This document shows, piece by piece, positions 38,855 to 51,419 of a stretch of DNA of 64,000 nucleotides (the stretch's first letter is position 1; the number at the start of each line of letters is the position of its first letter). The notes beneath the pieces are model-generated. The model was not told the DNA's origin, made no database searches, and saw nothing but the letters and a program-made list of their open reading frames with translations. The translations under genes were made by a program, and so were the position numbers. This DNA is from Squalus acanthias (taxonomy: Eukaryota): assembly GCA_030390025.1 (NCBI GenBank), contig CM059432.1, positions 106,084,001 through 106,148,000 on the forward strand, in the 5' to 3' direction.

Positions 38855-41800
38855 GAGGCCGGTGTCGGGAGCAACAGGAGAGAACAGTGAGTATTTAAAC
38901 TCACTTTCGCGGGCTTTTTTACAGAGGCCAGTGTCGGGAGCAATAGGAAAGAACAGTGAGTTTATATAGTCACTTTCGCTGGCTTTTTTTCAGAGGCTTA
39001 CCAATCTCACAGACCGGCGGCGGCGTTCCAGAGCCAAGTCACGATTGAAAAAGTGACGCGGGCAAGAGGAAGCAGCTGATTGGGTGAGTACGGCCAGGTG
39101 AGTATTGATACTACTCTATAGTTTGACAGTTAAGGTTAATAGTTTATAAAGTTTAGAAGGTCTTAATTTTTGTGGATATAGTTTCTAAGGTCTCTGTTGT
39201 GTAGCAGGGAGTGCTAGTAAACAAGGGCCCTTGGGTATATCATTTAATTGTAGTGTAATTAGTGGTATTGATTTGATTTAATTTAATTTAAATTAAATTA
39301 ATTAAAGGGTAAGTCATAGCAGCACAGCTTGGCCCCGTGGCATGCTCCTCCTGCACTATGTGGGAAATCAGGGACACTTCCTGTGTCCCTGACGACCATG
39401 TGTGCGGGAAGTGTATCCAGCTGCAGCTACTGGCAGACCGCATTGCGGCGCTGGAGCTGCGAATGGATACATACTGGAGCATTCGCGATACTGAGGACAT
39501 CGTGGATAGCACGTTGAATGAGTTGCTCACACCACAGGTAAAGGCTGCACAGGCAGGAAGGGAATGGGTGACCGCCAGGCAGAGTAGTAGGCACAGGCAG
39601 GTAGTGCAGGGGTCCCCTGTGGCCATCCCCCTCTCAAACAGATATACCACTTTGGATATTGTTGAGGGAGATGGCTTATCGGGGGAAGGCAGCAGCAGCC
39701 AACTTCCTGGCACCATGGGTGGTTCTGCTGCACAGGACGGGAGGAAAAAGAGCGGGAGAGCTATAGTGATGGGGGATTCTATTGTAAGGGGAATAGATAG
39801 GCGTTTCTGCGGCCACAAACGAGACTCCAGGATGGTATGTTGCCTCCCTGGTGCAAGGGTCAAGGATGTCTCGGGGCGGCTGCAGGGCATTCTGGAGGGG
39901 GAGGGTGAACAGCCAGTTGTCGTGGTGTATATAGGTACCAACGATATAGGTAAAAAACAGAGAGTGAAGTAGTTGACTCAGAGACTAGGGTCCTGAATTT
40001 AAATAAAGGAAACTACGATGGTATGAGGCACGAGTTGGCTAGGATGGATTGGGGAGCGTTACTTAAAGGGTTGAAGGTGGATAGGCAATGGCAAACATTT
40101 AAAGATCGCATGGATGAACTACAGAATTTGTTCATCCCTGTTTGGCATAAAAATAAAACAAAAAAGGTGACTCAACCGTGGCTAACAAGGGAAATTAGGG
40201 CTAGCATAAGATCCAAGGAGAGGACATATAAATTGGCCAGAAAAAGCAGCAAACCTGAGGATTGGGAGCAGTTTAGGATTCAGCAAAGGAGGACAAAGGG
40301 ATTAATTAAGAGGGGGAAAATAGAATATGAGAGTAAGCTTGCAGGGAACATAAAAACTGACTGTAAAAGCTTCTATAGATATGTGAAGAGAAAAAGATTG
40401 GTGAAGTCAAGCGTAGGTCCCTTGCAGTCAGAATCAGGGGAATTTATAATGGAGAACAAAGAAATGGCAGACCAATTAAATACATACTTTGGTTCTGTCT
40501 TCACAAAGGAGGACACAAATAAACTCCCAGAGATGTCGGGGAACATAGGGTCTAATGAGAGGGAGGAATTGAATGAAATCAGTATTTGTAGGAAAATGGT
40601 GTTAGGGAAATTGACGGGATTGAAGGCTGATAAATCCCCAGGGCCTGATAATCTACTTCCTAGGGTACTTAAGGAAGTGGCCCTAGAAATAGTAGACGCA
40701 TTGCTGGTCATCTTCCAAAATTCTATAGACTCTGGAATAGTTCCCATGGTTTGGAGGGTAGCTAATGTAACCCCACTATTTATAAAAGGTGGTAGAGAGA
40801 AAACGGGGAATTATAGAGCGGTAAGCCTGACATCGGTAGTGGGGAAAATGCTAGAGTCCATTATAAAAGATGTAACAGCAGAGCACTTGGAAAACAGTGA
40901 CAGGATCGGACAAAGTCAACATGGATTTACAAAAGGTAAATCATGCTTGACTAATCTACTGGAACTTTTTGAGGATGTAACTGGTAGGATAGATAAGGGA
41001 GAACCAGTGGATGTGGTGTATTTGGACTTTCAGAAGGTTTTCGACAAGGTCCCGCATAAGAGATTAGCGTGCAAAGTTAAAGCACATGGGATTGGGGGTA
41101 AGGTATTGACTTGGATAGAGAACTGGTTGGCAGACAGGAAGCAAAGAGTTGGAATAAATGGGTCTTATTTCCGAGTGGCAGGCAGTGACTAGTGGGGTAC
41201 CGCAGGGATCGGTGCTGGGACCCCAGCTATTCACAATACAGGAAACTCTTTATTAACCGGCACCGACGGGACCGGCGTGGTGCCGGTTAATCAAACAGTC
41301 CGGATAATGGAGAGTTATATCTCCCAACGTACGAGAGCCCCGTACACACTGACATGCGCCTGCATTCAGAGCTCCGTCTCCCCGGGGACCGCCAGCTGAC
41401 CATCTGTCGTGTCCGCTGCCTACCCGGGCTGCACATTCCCCTCCCAATCTACATGCTCCGATATAAGGCAAACGCCTCGGGGTTTTTTTAAAAATTATTT
41501 TTAAAGGAGAGATGAAGGAAAACCCCAGTTACCTACTCAAGAATTTTGCCGGTTAAGAGAGATTTCCGGTTATTTGGGTGCCGGTTAAAAGAGAGTTTCC
41601 TGTATATATTAATGATCTAGATGAGGGAACTAGATGTAATATCTCCAAGTTTGCAGACGACACAAAGCTGGGTGGGCATGTGTGCTGTGAGGAGGATGCA
41701 GAGAAACTCTATGATTTGGACAGGTTGGGTGATTGGGCAGATGCATGGTAGATGCAGTATAATGTGGATAAATGCGAGGTTATCCACTTTGGTGGCAAAA

Positions 41801-42556
41801 ACAGGAAGACAGATTATTATCTGAACGGCAATAGATTGGGAAAAGGGGAAGTGCACCAGTCGCTGGAGGTAAGCATGCAGGTGCAGCAGGCGGTTAAGAA
41901 GGCAAATGGTATGTTGGCCTTCATAGCGAAAGGATTCGAGTACAGGAGCAAGGATGTCTTGCTGCAGTTGTACAGGGCCTTGGTGAGACTACACCTTGAG
42001 TATTGTGTGCAGTTTTGGTCGCCTTATCTGAGGAAGGATGTTCTTGCCATGGAGGGAGTGCAGCGAAGATTTACCAGCCTGATACCTGGGATGGCAGGAA
42101 TGACGTATGAAGAGAGACTGGGTCGATTAGGCTTATATTCGCTAGAGTTTAGAAGAATGAGAGGGGATCTCATTGAAACTTATAAAATTCTAACAGGACT
42201 GGACAGACTAGATGCAGGAAGGATGTTCCCGATGGCGGGGGAGTCCAGAACCAGGGGTCACAGTCTAAGGATAAGGGGTAAGCCATTTAGGACTGAGATG
42301 AGGAGGAATTTCTTCACCCAGAGAGTGGTGAACCTGTGGAATTCTCTACCACAGAAGGCAGTTGAGGCCAATTCATTAAATATATTCAAGAAGGAGTTAG
42401 TTATATTTCTTAAGGCTAAAGGGATCAAGGGATATGGGGAGAAAGCAGGGACAGGGTACTGAATTTGGATGATAAGCCATGATCTTATTCAATAGCAGAA
42501 CAGGCTCAAGGGGCCGAATGGCCTACTCCTGCTCCTATCTTCTATGTTTCTATGTT
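38855..42556 (+). mobile_element. CR1 with 5' region and ORF1, internal deletion of the endonuclease, and a nested MITE
   Basis: Two ~69-bp 5' repeats; ORF1 CxxC..CxxC + coiled coil + GDS esterase; jump near 39958 to mid-ORF2; RT and tail. Confidence 0.93.
41239..41602. mobile_element. Tc1/mariner (Tigger/pogo-like) MITE, 364 bp
   Basis: About 26-bp TIRs CAGGAAACTCT..TTAACCGGCACC, TA TSD; the empty site is visible in sibling CR1 copies. Confidence 0.92.
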
Positions 42557-43031
42557 TCCCCAGTTCGGCCAAAACCCTTTTGGTTTTTGACAACGTTCAC
42601 CATCTCGACTACACAATCCCGTGCATGTCACATTGCTCACTTACTTGGTGGGCCATTCTCCCCCACCAAAAAAAATTGTTGCAAAGATCTGTTCGAGTTA
42701 ACGAGAATTTCAAGTGTACCATCACTGAAATGAGATTTACTCTGTTGCTACTGACTTATTCACGAGTACAACTATGCACTCCACACCTGTTACAAATTAA
42801 GTGACTCATTGGTTGCTGGAGAAGTGTTAAAAGATCATTATTGCAGCTGTTTCTATTCTTTAAAACCACTAATTAAGCTGCAATCTCAGGAAGCATACAT
42901 TTCAAGAACATTTATTGCTACAATTCAATTAGTCATTCATTAATTGAGACAAAAAAAATCAGCATCTCTGCCATTTTTAGGGAAAAATAAGAATTTCAGC
43001 ATCCAAAAGTTCAGCTGATACAACATCTTAC

Positions 43032-43140
43032 CATGGTCTCCAAGAAAGATGATGTTGACACAACGGTGCAGCCTCATTTGTTTGAGTCCATCCATCATCT
43101 GCCCTACAATTCTGTCTGTTGTTCGAAGAGCATCAGTCAC
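43032..43140 (-). CDS. ENPP2: ENPP2 exon (109 nt) [36 protein letters not shown](G)
   Basis: TAG acceptor, GTAAG donor; GDHG metal-binding motif. Confidence 0.97.
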
Positions 43141-44019
43141 CTAAACATTTAAACAGAAACAAAGAAAAACTACTAAAAGAAACCATTTGCTTCCTTTTAA
43201 TTACTTTATAAGGCTACATCATAAGCCAATTCACTATTTAATACATGATAATTTTACTCTATATAACCGTCAATCAAGTTCAATTGATCCTTCTTACCTT
43301 TTACCAAAATACACTCATCGTCCATTTTAAACAAGTAGATTTTTAAGCATGCTAAATACAGCTATAAGCTTAATGCAACATTGTGGTACAAATTCATCAT
43401 ATTTCTTGCCTTTGCGTTTCTCATTAGTTTTGCACAAAGTGCACTGTTTAGTCTGGAACCAAAGAGGGGAAGTGGACAAAAAACTTGCTGAAAAATAACT
43501 TCACTTATTGTACCCTGGAGATCTTAAAGGAGTCGTAAACTTTAATTTGGGAGTCTTGTTGGAAGAATCATTAATACTGCAATTATAAGGGTAGAAAAAA
43601 GGAACATTTTAAAGTAAGATGTATAGTTCCTTTTAATGTACAGTATCTCCTTTCATATTTTTATGTAAAAATGCATCCCATCAGGGCAGACCAAATCTCC
43701 TCCATATCCTCCAACAACTGAATTGAACTACTGAGTAGGAAGAGTACCAATTTTAATGAACAGAAAATCTTGCAAACCATGAATCAGGCTCACCTGTATT
43801 TTCAATATGCACTCCCACCACAGGAAACTCTACACCGGCAGCACTAAATCATAAAATGTACTCATATATACTGCAGCTGCACTGAATTCAACGGCAACTT
43901 TGAAAGCCGTAAAATTTTAAATTCGTGACAAACAATCAATTATTGATATTGAACGGCGCTATTCAGGCAAGTTTCTTTATATCATTAACGATAATTCCTT
44001 TGAATTAGATTTTAAACTG

Positions 44020-44535
44020 TCTGTTCAGGTGAATGTTAAAGATTTGATATCCCTGTTCAATAGGGTTACCAATGCTGGAGATTTCATCACAGGGCCTCCT
44101 GTCTCCAACTGCCCTGCACAGTAAAACAGCCTTTTCCTCTTTATCCAATATTTTTATAACTAATAAATGAAAGTGTTCAAAGAGATTGAAGCTTTTTTTT
44201 TAATGCCCCTATGATTTTTCTCCTGAGTTGCTTACAGCAGTGTCCAGGAGATTAATCTTCAATTCATAGAGACTCCAGGGCAATCCCGGACGGTTGGCAA
44301 CCCTACTGTTCAAAGAAGAGCAGGTAATTGTCTTACTGTCGTGGGCAACATTCTTCTCTCACTTAATACCACCAAAAACAGATTAACAGGTTATTCATTT
44401 CATTGGTGTTTGTGAGACAATTGCTGGCACGAATGGCCACCGAAGTTATCTGCACAACAGTCACTCCATTTCAAAATTAATGAACTTGTGCAATCACTTT
44501 GAGATGTTTTGGCAAGAGAAGATGCTATGTAAATG
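44020..44535 (+). mobile_element. degenerate Deu-type SINE interrupted by a hAT MITE
   Basis: Reverse-complement similarity to 11869-12333; boundaries approximate. Confidence 0.65.
44061..44305. mobile_element. hAT-type MITE, 245 bp
   Basis: TIRs TAGGGTTACCAA / TAGGGTTGCCAA, perfect 8-bp TSD CTGTTCAA. Confidence 0.88.
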
Positions 44536-45064
44536 GGAATACTGTTATTATTTCAACAAAAGTTTATATTTTATATCGTGGTTCTCAGATAACTTCCACT
44601 TCTGGGTCAAGTCAATCTAACTATATTCTGACATTGGCTTATCCTTCACTCCACAAAACAGCAGTGTACAAACACCAAATAATTCAACTTCACTTAAGCA
44701 ACAGAAATTAAAGCTGGTAGCAACAATGACTTGAATACTTGAAAAAAGCAAAAGAAAGAACCGGAGGGTGAAATTGGTTATAGCCAGTAGCAGAAAACAG
44801 GCTCATAGCGAATAGGCAACCCATTTTACACCTAACCCTATGATCTTTTCCATTAAGTTATCACTTTTTGATTGATCTCAATAATAACTACCCTATGAGC
44901 AATGTTCCCTCTAATTGTTTCTTGTACTGAGCAGGCCACGAACTCCTTTGAGCGCAACCTTTTCGTCTGTGAGCAAATTTTAAAACAACAACAACTTTTA
45001 CAGTAACGACAGCAACCACTTAAAAGCCTATATACAGTAACGACATATTGCCACCCCACCGTCT

Positions 45065-45362
45065 CAAATCATGAGACCATCAGACAAGGTTCCATACCAG
45101 TTTAACATAACTTCTCTGCTTTTGAATTCTATTCCTCTAGAAATGAACCCCAGTGCTTTATTTGCACTTTTATGGCTTTTTTAACCTGCGTTGTTACTTT
45201 TAATGATTTGTGAATCTATACCCCTAGATCCCTTTGCACCTCTACTCCATTTAGACTCTTATTTTCCAAGGAGTAGGTCGTCTCCTTATTCCTCCTACCA
45301 AAATGCACCACCTCACACTTGTCTATATTGAAATTAATTTGTCATTTACATGCCCATTCTGC
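45065..45362 (-). mobile_element. internal CR1 ORF2 fragment within the hAT element
   Basis: Translates to decayed QINFNIDKCEVVHFGRRN..QRDLG..FISRGIEFKSREVML. Confidence 0.8.
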
Positions 45363-47279
45363 AGGTTTGTTTACGGTAGAATTAATTAAAAGCTTTTAGT
45401 TCGTTATGTACAAACTCTATTTTAAAAAAATTACTTGTCAGAAATGACTGGGATATAAAAGAACTGCATAATAATACATTAACACTTCAGAAACATCACT
45501 CAGTTACACGGTTATGCATCGACAAACAATCCAAAAGCCCAAGGTGAGCTGAAGGAGGCATATCTATTCGTGCAATTTGTACTAATTTTAAAGTTTTCAA
45601 TGTATTAGCCCATCCCTCATGTCACTATAGCAATGGCTGCACAAGCAGCAGCAGCAGCGGTTTTCCTATGGTGCTGACGTGTTGTACATCCACATAAGTA
45701 ATTAGAATATTATTCACAATGCAACCAAACAACCAACAAATAAAAAGTGCTGCAGTTCTTTAGTTCACAGTATTAAAAAGAATTGAACAAAAACGGGTAA
45801 ACCGTATTTCCAACTTCAATCACTTCCATTAATAAACGTCGTCTTCTTGAACCAGCACACCACCCCCCCACCCCCCATGTAACGTCAGAAATGCAGCACT
45901 TATTCACAAGTGCAGAAAAACACATACACAATTTGCGTCACCGAATTAAAAACAAAAAGCAGGAAAAGCTATGATTTAATAGAAATAAACATTTATCTTT
46001 CTTCCTGGACAGGGGAACCAATCAGACTAACTTGGAAATGTTTACTAATATGTTGACGTAAAGAAGTTAATTTACGAATTTCGCTTCTAATGTTTTTCTT
46101 TCAAACATTCTCCACAATATTAATCCCTGCTCTTATCACAAAGTGTTGAATTATTTTAGGTACTTCCCAATTAAATAGCGGGAAACAAACTTCATTGTAC
46201 TCTCAATTTTTAATCTCCTGTTTCAAACATTTATACCAAATCGAAATTGTACATTATCAGTTTAATCGAAGTAATTTCTTTGTCTTTCTCAATAAACAAA
46301 TAGAAGTTTCTTCTAAAGTAGCTTCCTGCAGTTTTTACGCATCATTACATAACTCGTGTTTCTATTAACACTCCACTAAACGTCTAAGAGGAAATCTATA
46401 TTTACATTATTCCTGGGATTTGTTAGGACTAAAGAACGACAGACAAAATAAAATGGTTTGTGTTTTTCCCCTTTTTTGGTTCTCTTCCTGAATGTCTTAA
46501 TGATATATTTTTTTAAGTCAATAAAAAGTAATATGTAACTCCTACAAATCCTCCCCACCCTCCCCCTCAGCATGGTTGCATGTTTGTGTAAAGCTACTCA
46601 GTCGATCATTCAAAATCAAATATTGAGAAATTTAAATCTTAAAATATTTTAAGCAATTCAGAACCTCTTTAAAAGTGTTTAGACTTCAAGACCTGGTTGC
46701 AACTTGTTTAGATGAGGGGAAAATTGATTTTTGTTTCTGTTTCTTCCAAAATCATATGCGAAACTTAGGGGGGGGAAAAGTGTTTTTAACACTCATTTTT
46801 TATGAAAAGTTCATTAAAAGTTTTTTTAATTCTTTCAAGTCTCGTTGCAGCATGACAGAAGAAATTGCTCTAAGATTCTCTTTCCCTCTTCAATACTGTA
46901 ATTAAACATACAATAAAAAAAATAAACTCTAATTCCAAACGGAGCCAAATAAGAAAGTGAATAAAGTGGTTAAACTTCCTAAGAAGGCGGTGAGGTTATC
47001 TATCCCCAGCCTTGGCAATGAGTTGGGATCAGTTTTGGAGAAGTTATTTCCTCTTTTTCTGCTGCCGTTCCCTCCGTCTCTCAGACTCTGAGGTACAAAC
47101 AGGGGCACATACTTTTCCCCCTCATAACATGATTTAAATAACCCTGATAGACTCTTTCAAAAAGGGGACAACACCTGGCAATTTAACTGGAACTTACTGC
47201 AGGACATTCAACATCACTTTCCCTTATTTTTTTCCAGCTTTAAACAATTTTCTGATTTTTTTTTTAATTTCTCATTTTT

Positions 47280-48207
47280 CTCTCTCTCCCCCAGTCTCTC
47301 TCTCTCGCCAGTCTCTCTCTCTCTCTCGCCAGTCTCTCTCTCTCTCCCCCAGTCTCTCTCTCTCCCTCCCCCAGTCTCTCTCTCTCCCTCCCCCAGTCTC
47401 TCTCTCTCTCTCCACAGTCTCACTCTCTCTCTCGCCAGTCTCTCTCTCTCTCGCCAGTCTCTCTCTCTCTCTCTCGCCAGTCTCTCTCTCTCCCTCCCCT
47501 CAGTCTCTCTCTCTCTTCCCAGTCTCTCCCCCAGTCTCTCTCTCTCTCTCTCTCTCCCCCCAGTCTCTCTCTCTCTCCCCAGTCTCACTCTCTCTCCCCA
47601 GTCTCTCTCTCTCTCTTTCCCTCCCCCAGTCTCTCTCTCCCCAGTCTCTCTCTCTCTCTCCCCAATCTCTCTCTCTCCCTCCCCAATCTCTCTCTCTCCC
47701 TCCCCAATCTCTCTCTCTCCCCAGTCACTCTCTCTCTCGCCAGTCTCTCTCTCTTGCCAGTCTCTCTCTCCCCCAGTCGCTCTCTCTCTCTCTCTCCCTC
47801 CCCAATCTCTCTCTCTCCCCAGTCTCTCTCTCTCTCTCTCCCTCCCCAATCTCTCTCTCTCTCTCTCCCTCTCCAATCTCTCTCTCTCTCTCCCCCAGTC
47901 GCTCTCTCTCCCCCCAGTCTCTCTCTCCCTCCCCCACCCCAGTCTGTGTGTGTGTGTCTCTCTCTCCCCCAGTCTCTCTCTCCCCCCAGTCTCTCTCTCC
48001 CTCCCCAGTCTCTCTCCCCCTCCCCCAGTCTTTCTCCCCCTCCCCCAGTCTTTCTCCCCCTCCCCCAGTCTTTCTCCCCCTCCCCCAGTCATTCTCCCCC
48101 TCCCCCAGTCTCTCTCCCCCTCCCCCAGTCTCTCTCCCCCTCCCCCAGTCTCTCTCCCCCTCCCCCAGTCTCTCTCCCCCTCCCCCAGTCTCTCTCCCCC
48201 TCCCCCG
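47280..48207. repeat. polypyrimidine (CT)n/CCCCAGT satellite; regular 20-bp unit TCCCCCAGTCTCTCTCCCCC from about 48000
   Basis: Direct inspection. Confidence 0.95.
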
Positions 48208-48674
48208 TCACTGACCACCAACAGATCCCCTGACCTCTGCATGGAGCCAACAAATGCGTGGCCCAACTGGGTACTGCGCATGCGCGGCTCCGGTATACCA
48301 CGCGCAGGCGCAGAAGGCTTCAAAGGCAAATAATCACAGCGCGGGGGATTCTCCCGCTGTAAGGTCAAAGTTCAAGGGAGAAAACCAAACCCCTCCCGGT
48401 GTTACACAGCACCCCAGCGACCATCGGAACACACACTTCAAGAGCTGCAATTGGAATCAAGTCTGAAGTCACAAGACTCACAAATGACTCTGTCTGGATT
48501 CCCGGGGTCATTGTGTTTTGGGCCCCTCCCCCACTCCAGTTGCTGTCCAGTTTTCTGCGCGGTATTTCAACTGAACTGTGTGGGAGCTCAGGATCAGTGC
48601 GCGCATCCACGCACCTTTGGAGAACAGTGCCTATGAGTCTATTTCGCGATTCTGTCTAAGACCAATTTCACCCC

Positions 48675-49246
48675 CTTGTATTTACATAGCACCTCTCATG
48701 ACCTCAGATGTCCCAAAGTGCTTCACAGCCAATAAATTACTTTTGAAATGTAGTCACTGTTGTAGGGAAATGCGGCAGCCAATTTGTGCACAACAAGGTT
48801 CCACAAATGGCAATAAGATAAATGACCAACTAAACCGTTTTAATAGTGTTGGTTGATGAGTAAATGTTGGCCAGGACAGTGGGCGAACTCCTCAGCTCTT
48901 CTTCAAATAGTGCCACGGTATCTATTACATCCACTTGAATAGGCACTCAAAGATGGCCTCTCCGACAGTACAGCACTCCCTCAGTACTGCACTGCCCTGT
49001 CAGGTGGATGGAAAAGATCCCACAGCATATTCAAAGAAGAGCGGAAAGTTCTCCTGGTGGCCTGGTCAACATTTATCCCTCAATCAACACTGCATTCTCT
49101 GGTCATTTACCTCATTGCTGTTTATGGGATCTTGCTGTGCAAAAATTGCCTACATTACCACAGCGTCTACACTTCAAAAGTACTTCATTGGTTGTAAAGT
49201 TACTGGGATCTCCTGAGGACATGAATGGTGTTATGTAAATGCAAGT
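48675..49246. mobile_element. two abutting Deu-type SINE fragments in opposite orientation (minus about 48675-49000, plus about 49001-49246)
   Basis: Both align to 11869-12333, one direct and one inverted. Confidence 0.75.
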
Positions 49247-49280
49247 TTTTTTCTTTCATTCTGATATAGTGTTCACATCC

Positions 49281-50638
49281 AAAATGCTAGAGTCCATTAT
49301 AAAAGATGGAATAGCAGAGCACTTGGAAAACAGAGACAGGATCGGACAAAGTCAACATGAATTTACAAAAGGTAAATCATGCCTGACTAATCTACTGGAA
49401 TTTTTTGAGGATGTAACTGGTAGAATAGATAAGGGAGAACCAGTGGATGTGGTGTATTTGGACTTTCAGAAGGCTTTCGATAAGGGCCCGCAAAAGAGAT
49501 TAGCGTGCAAAGTTAAAGCACATGGGATTGGGGGTAAGGTACTGATTTGGATAGAGAACTGGTTGGCAGACAGGAAGCAAAGAGTTGGAATAAATGGGTC
49601 TTTTTCCGAGTGGCAGGCAGTGACTAGTGGGGTATCGCAGGGATCGGTGCTAGTACCCCAGCTATTCACAATATATATTAATGATCTAGTCGAGGGAACT
49701 AGATGTAATATCTCTATGTTTGCAGACGACACAAAGCTGGGTGGGCATGTGTGCTGTGAGGACGATGCAGAGAAACTCCAGTATGATTTGGACAGGTTGG
49801 GTGATTGGGCAGATGCATGGCAGATGCAGTATAATGTGGATAAATGCGAGGTTATCCACTTTGGTGGCAAAAACAGGAAGACAGATTATTATCTGAACGG
49901 CAATAGATTGGGAAAAGGGGAAGTGCAACAAGATCTGGGAGTCCTGGTGCACCAGTCGCTGAAGGTAAGCATGCAGGTGCAGCAGGCGGTTAAGAAGGCA
50001 AATGGTATGTTGGCCTTCATAGCGAGAGGATTCGAGTACAGGAGCAAGGATGTCTTGCTGCAGTTGTACAAGGCCTTGGTGAGACCACACCTTCAGTATT
50101 GTGTGCAGTTTTGGTCACCTTATCTGAGGAGGGATGTTCTTGCCATGGAGGGAATGCAGCGAAGATTTACCAGACTGATACCTGGGATGGCAGGAATGAC
50201 GTATGAAGAGAGATTGGGTCGATTAGGCTTATATTCACTAGAGTTTAGAAGAATGAGAGGGGATCTCATTGAAACTTATAAAATTCTAACAGGACTAGAC
50301 AGACTAGATGCAGGAAGGATGTTCCCGATGGTGGGGGAGTCCAGAACCAGAGGTCACAGTCTAAGGATAAGGGGTAAGCCATTTAGGACTGAGATGAGGA
50401 GGAATTTCTTCACCCAGAGAGTGGTGAACCTGTGGAATTCTCTACCACAGAAGGCAGTTGAGGCCAATTCATTAAATATATTCAAGAAGGAGTTAGTTAT
50501 ATTTCTTAAGGCTAAAGGGATCAAGGGATATGGGGAGAAAGCAGGGACAGGGTACTGAATTTGGATGATCAGCCATGATCTCATTAAATGGCGGAGCAGG
50601 CTCGAGGGGCCGAATGGCCTACTCCTGCTCCTATCTTC
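49281..50638 (+). mobile_element. 5'-truncated young CR1 with open RT frame, tail repeats missing
   Basis: ORF 49239..50558. Confidence 0.95.
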
Positions 50639-51346
50639 GAAAATGTAGAAGTAAGGCTAATTTGATCAGGAGCTAGCCACTTCAATTTTTTATAACTTTT
50701 ACTTTTTTTAAGGAAAAAAAAGTTCACCTAAAAATTGCATCAGGCGAGTCTTGAGCGCTGATGAGCTGGCCGAGGAGCCTCCCCCACCCCCGATTTTCAA
50801 TTGCTAGCTGCCTGTTTTTCAGGTGAGAAATAGGCAGCCGCCAGTTGAAAATCTCCACCTACTCTAAAGTAGTATGAACCCCTACTATCCCCAGTTAAAC
50901 GGAATGTGAAGTCCTTCTTGGTCTGGTAAGCAATAAATAAAACAAGATCCATCAAGTATGTTGCAAAAATACAGCACAATGTTTAGTCGTAAGAGGAGCA
51001 GTATATTGTATTATATAGGAGATTAAGTTTTTAAAAAGTTATTTTCACACATTCAGAACCATGACTGCATTATTGTTAGCTCATTCTCAAACTGACACAC
51101 ATGTTCAGCAATCTTCAGAACTTTCTGTATTTATTTCAGCTTATTATCTTTTTTCCCAATCTGGACCTTTGGAAAGCTACCAGAGAACAAGCAAGAACAA
51201 AAAGGCTTTTTTCAAAAAAAAGAGCAACAACAGCTGGTTGACATTAGCAGTTAACTTCTAACAGCAGCACCAGCAACAGGTGTTACACATATGGAAAGTT
51301 TAGACTCTATCAGTGCTCCAGCTTCATACTAACATGCTTTACTAAC

Positions 51347-51419
51347 CTCTGAGCTGAATGGTCCATATCTGTGACCGAAACCATCTGGCTGCTCCGAGTA
51401 GAAGGCATAGATATAAGGC
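51347..51419 (-). CDS. ENPP2: ENPP2 exon (73 nt) [24 protein letters not shown], with Zn-ligand D and H
   Basis: TAG acceptor, GTTAGT donor; EQPDxxGH motif. Confidence 0.96.

Larger units (their letters stand above)
44900..48629. mobile_element. hAT-type non-autonomous element, 3.73 kb
   Basis: Ends CAATGTTCCC / CACTGTTCTC (reverse complement), perfect 8-bp TSD CCTATGAG at 44892-44899 and 48630-48637. Confidence 0.78.

Noticed and set aside
48000..48207. CRISPR-like regular repeats
   Set aside because: No unique spacers, no cas genes, and a vertebrate intronic context.
47214..48368. 384-aa G/E/R-rich ORF and the overlapping P/S/L-rich ORFs
   Set aside because: Translation of the CT/GA satellite; stop codons are absent for compositional reasons.
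43141..51346. Homolog of the mammalian ATX-alpha polybasic alternative exon
   Set aside because: No convincing in-phase exon found by eye; the basic ORF 46376..46573 lies inside the hAT element and lacks similarity. RNA-seq would be needed to exclude it.
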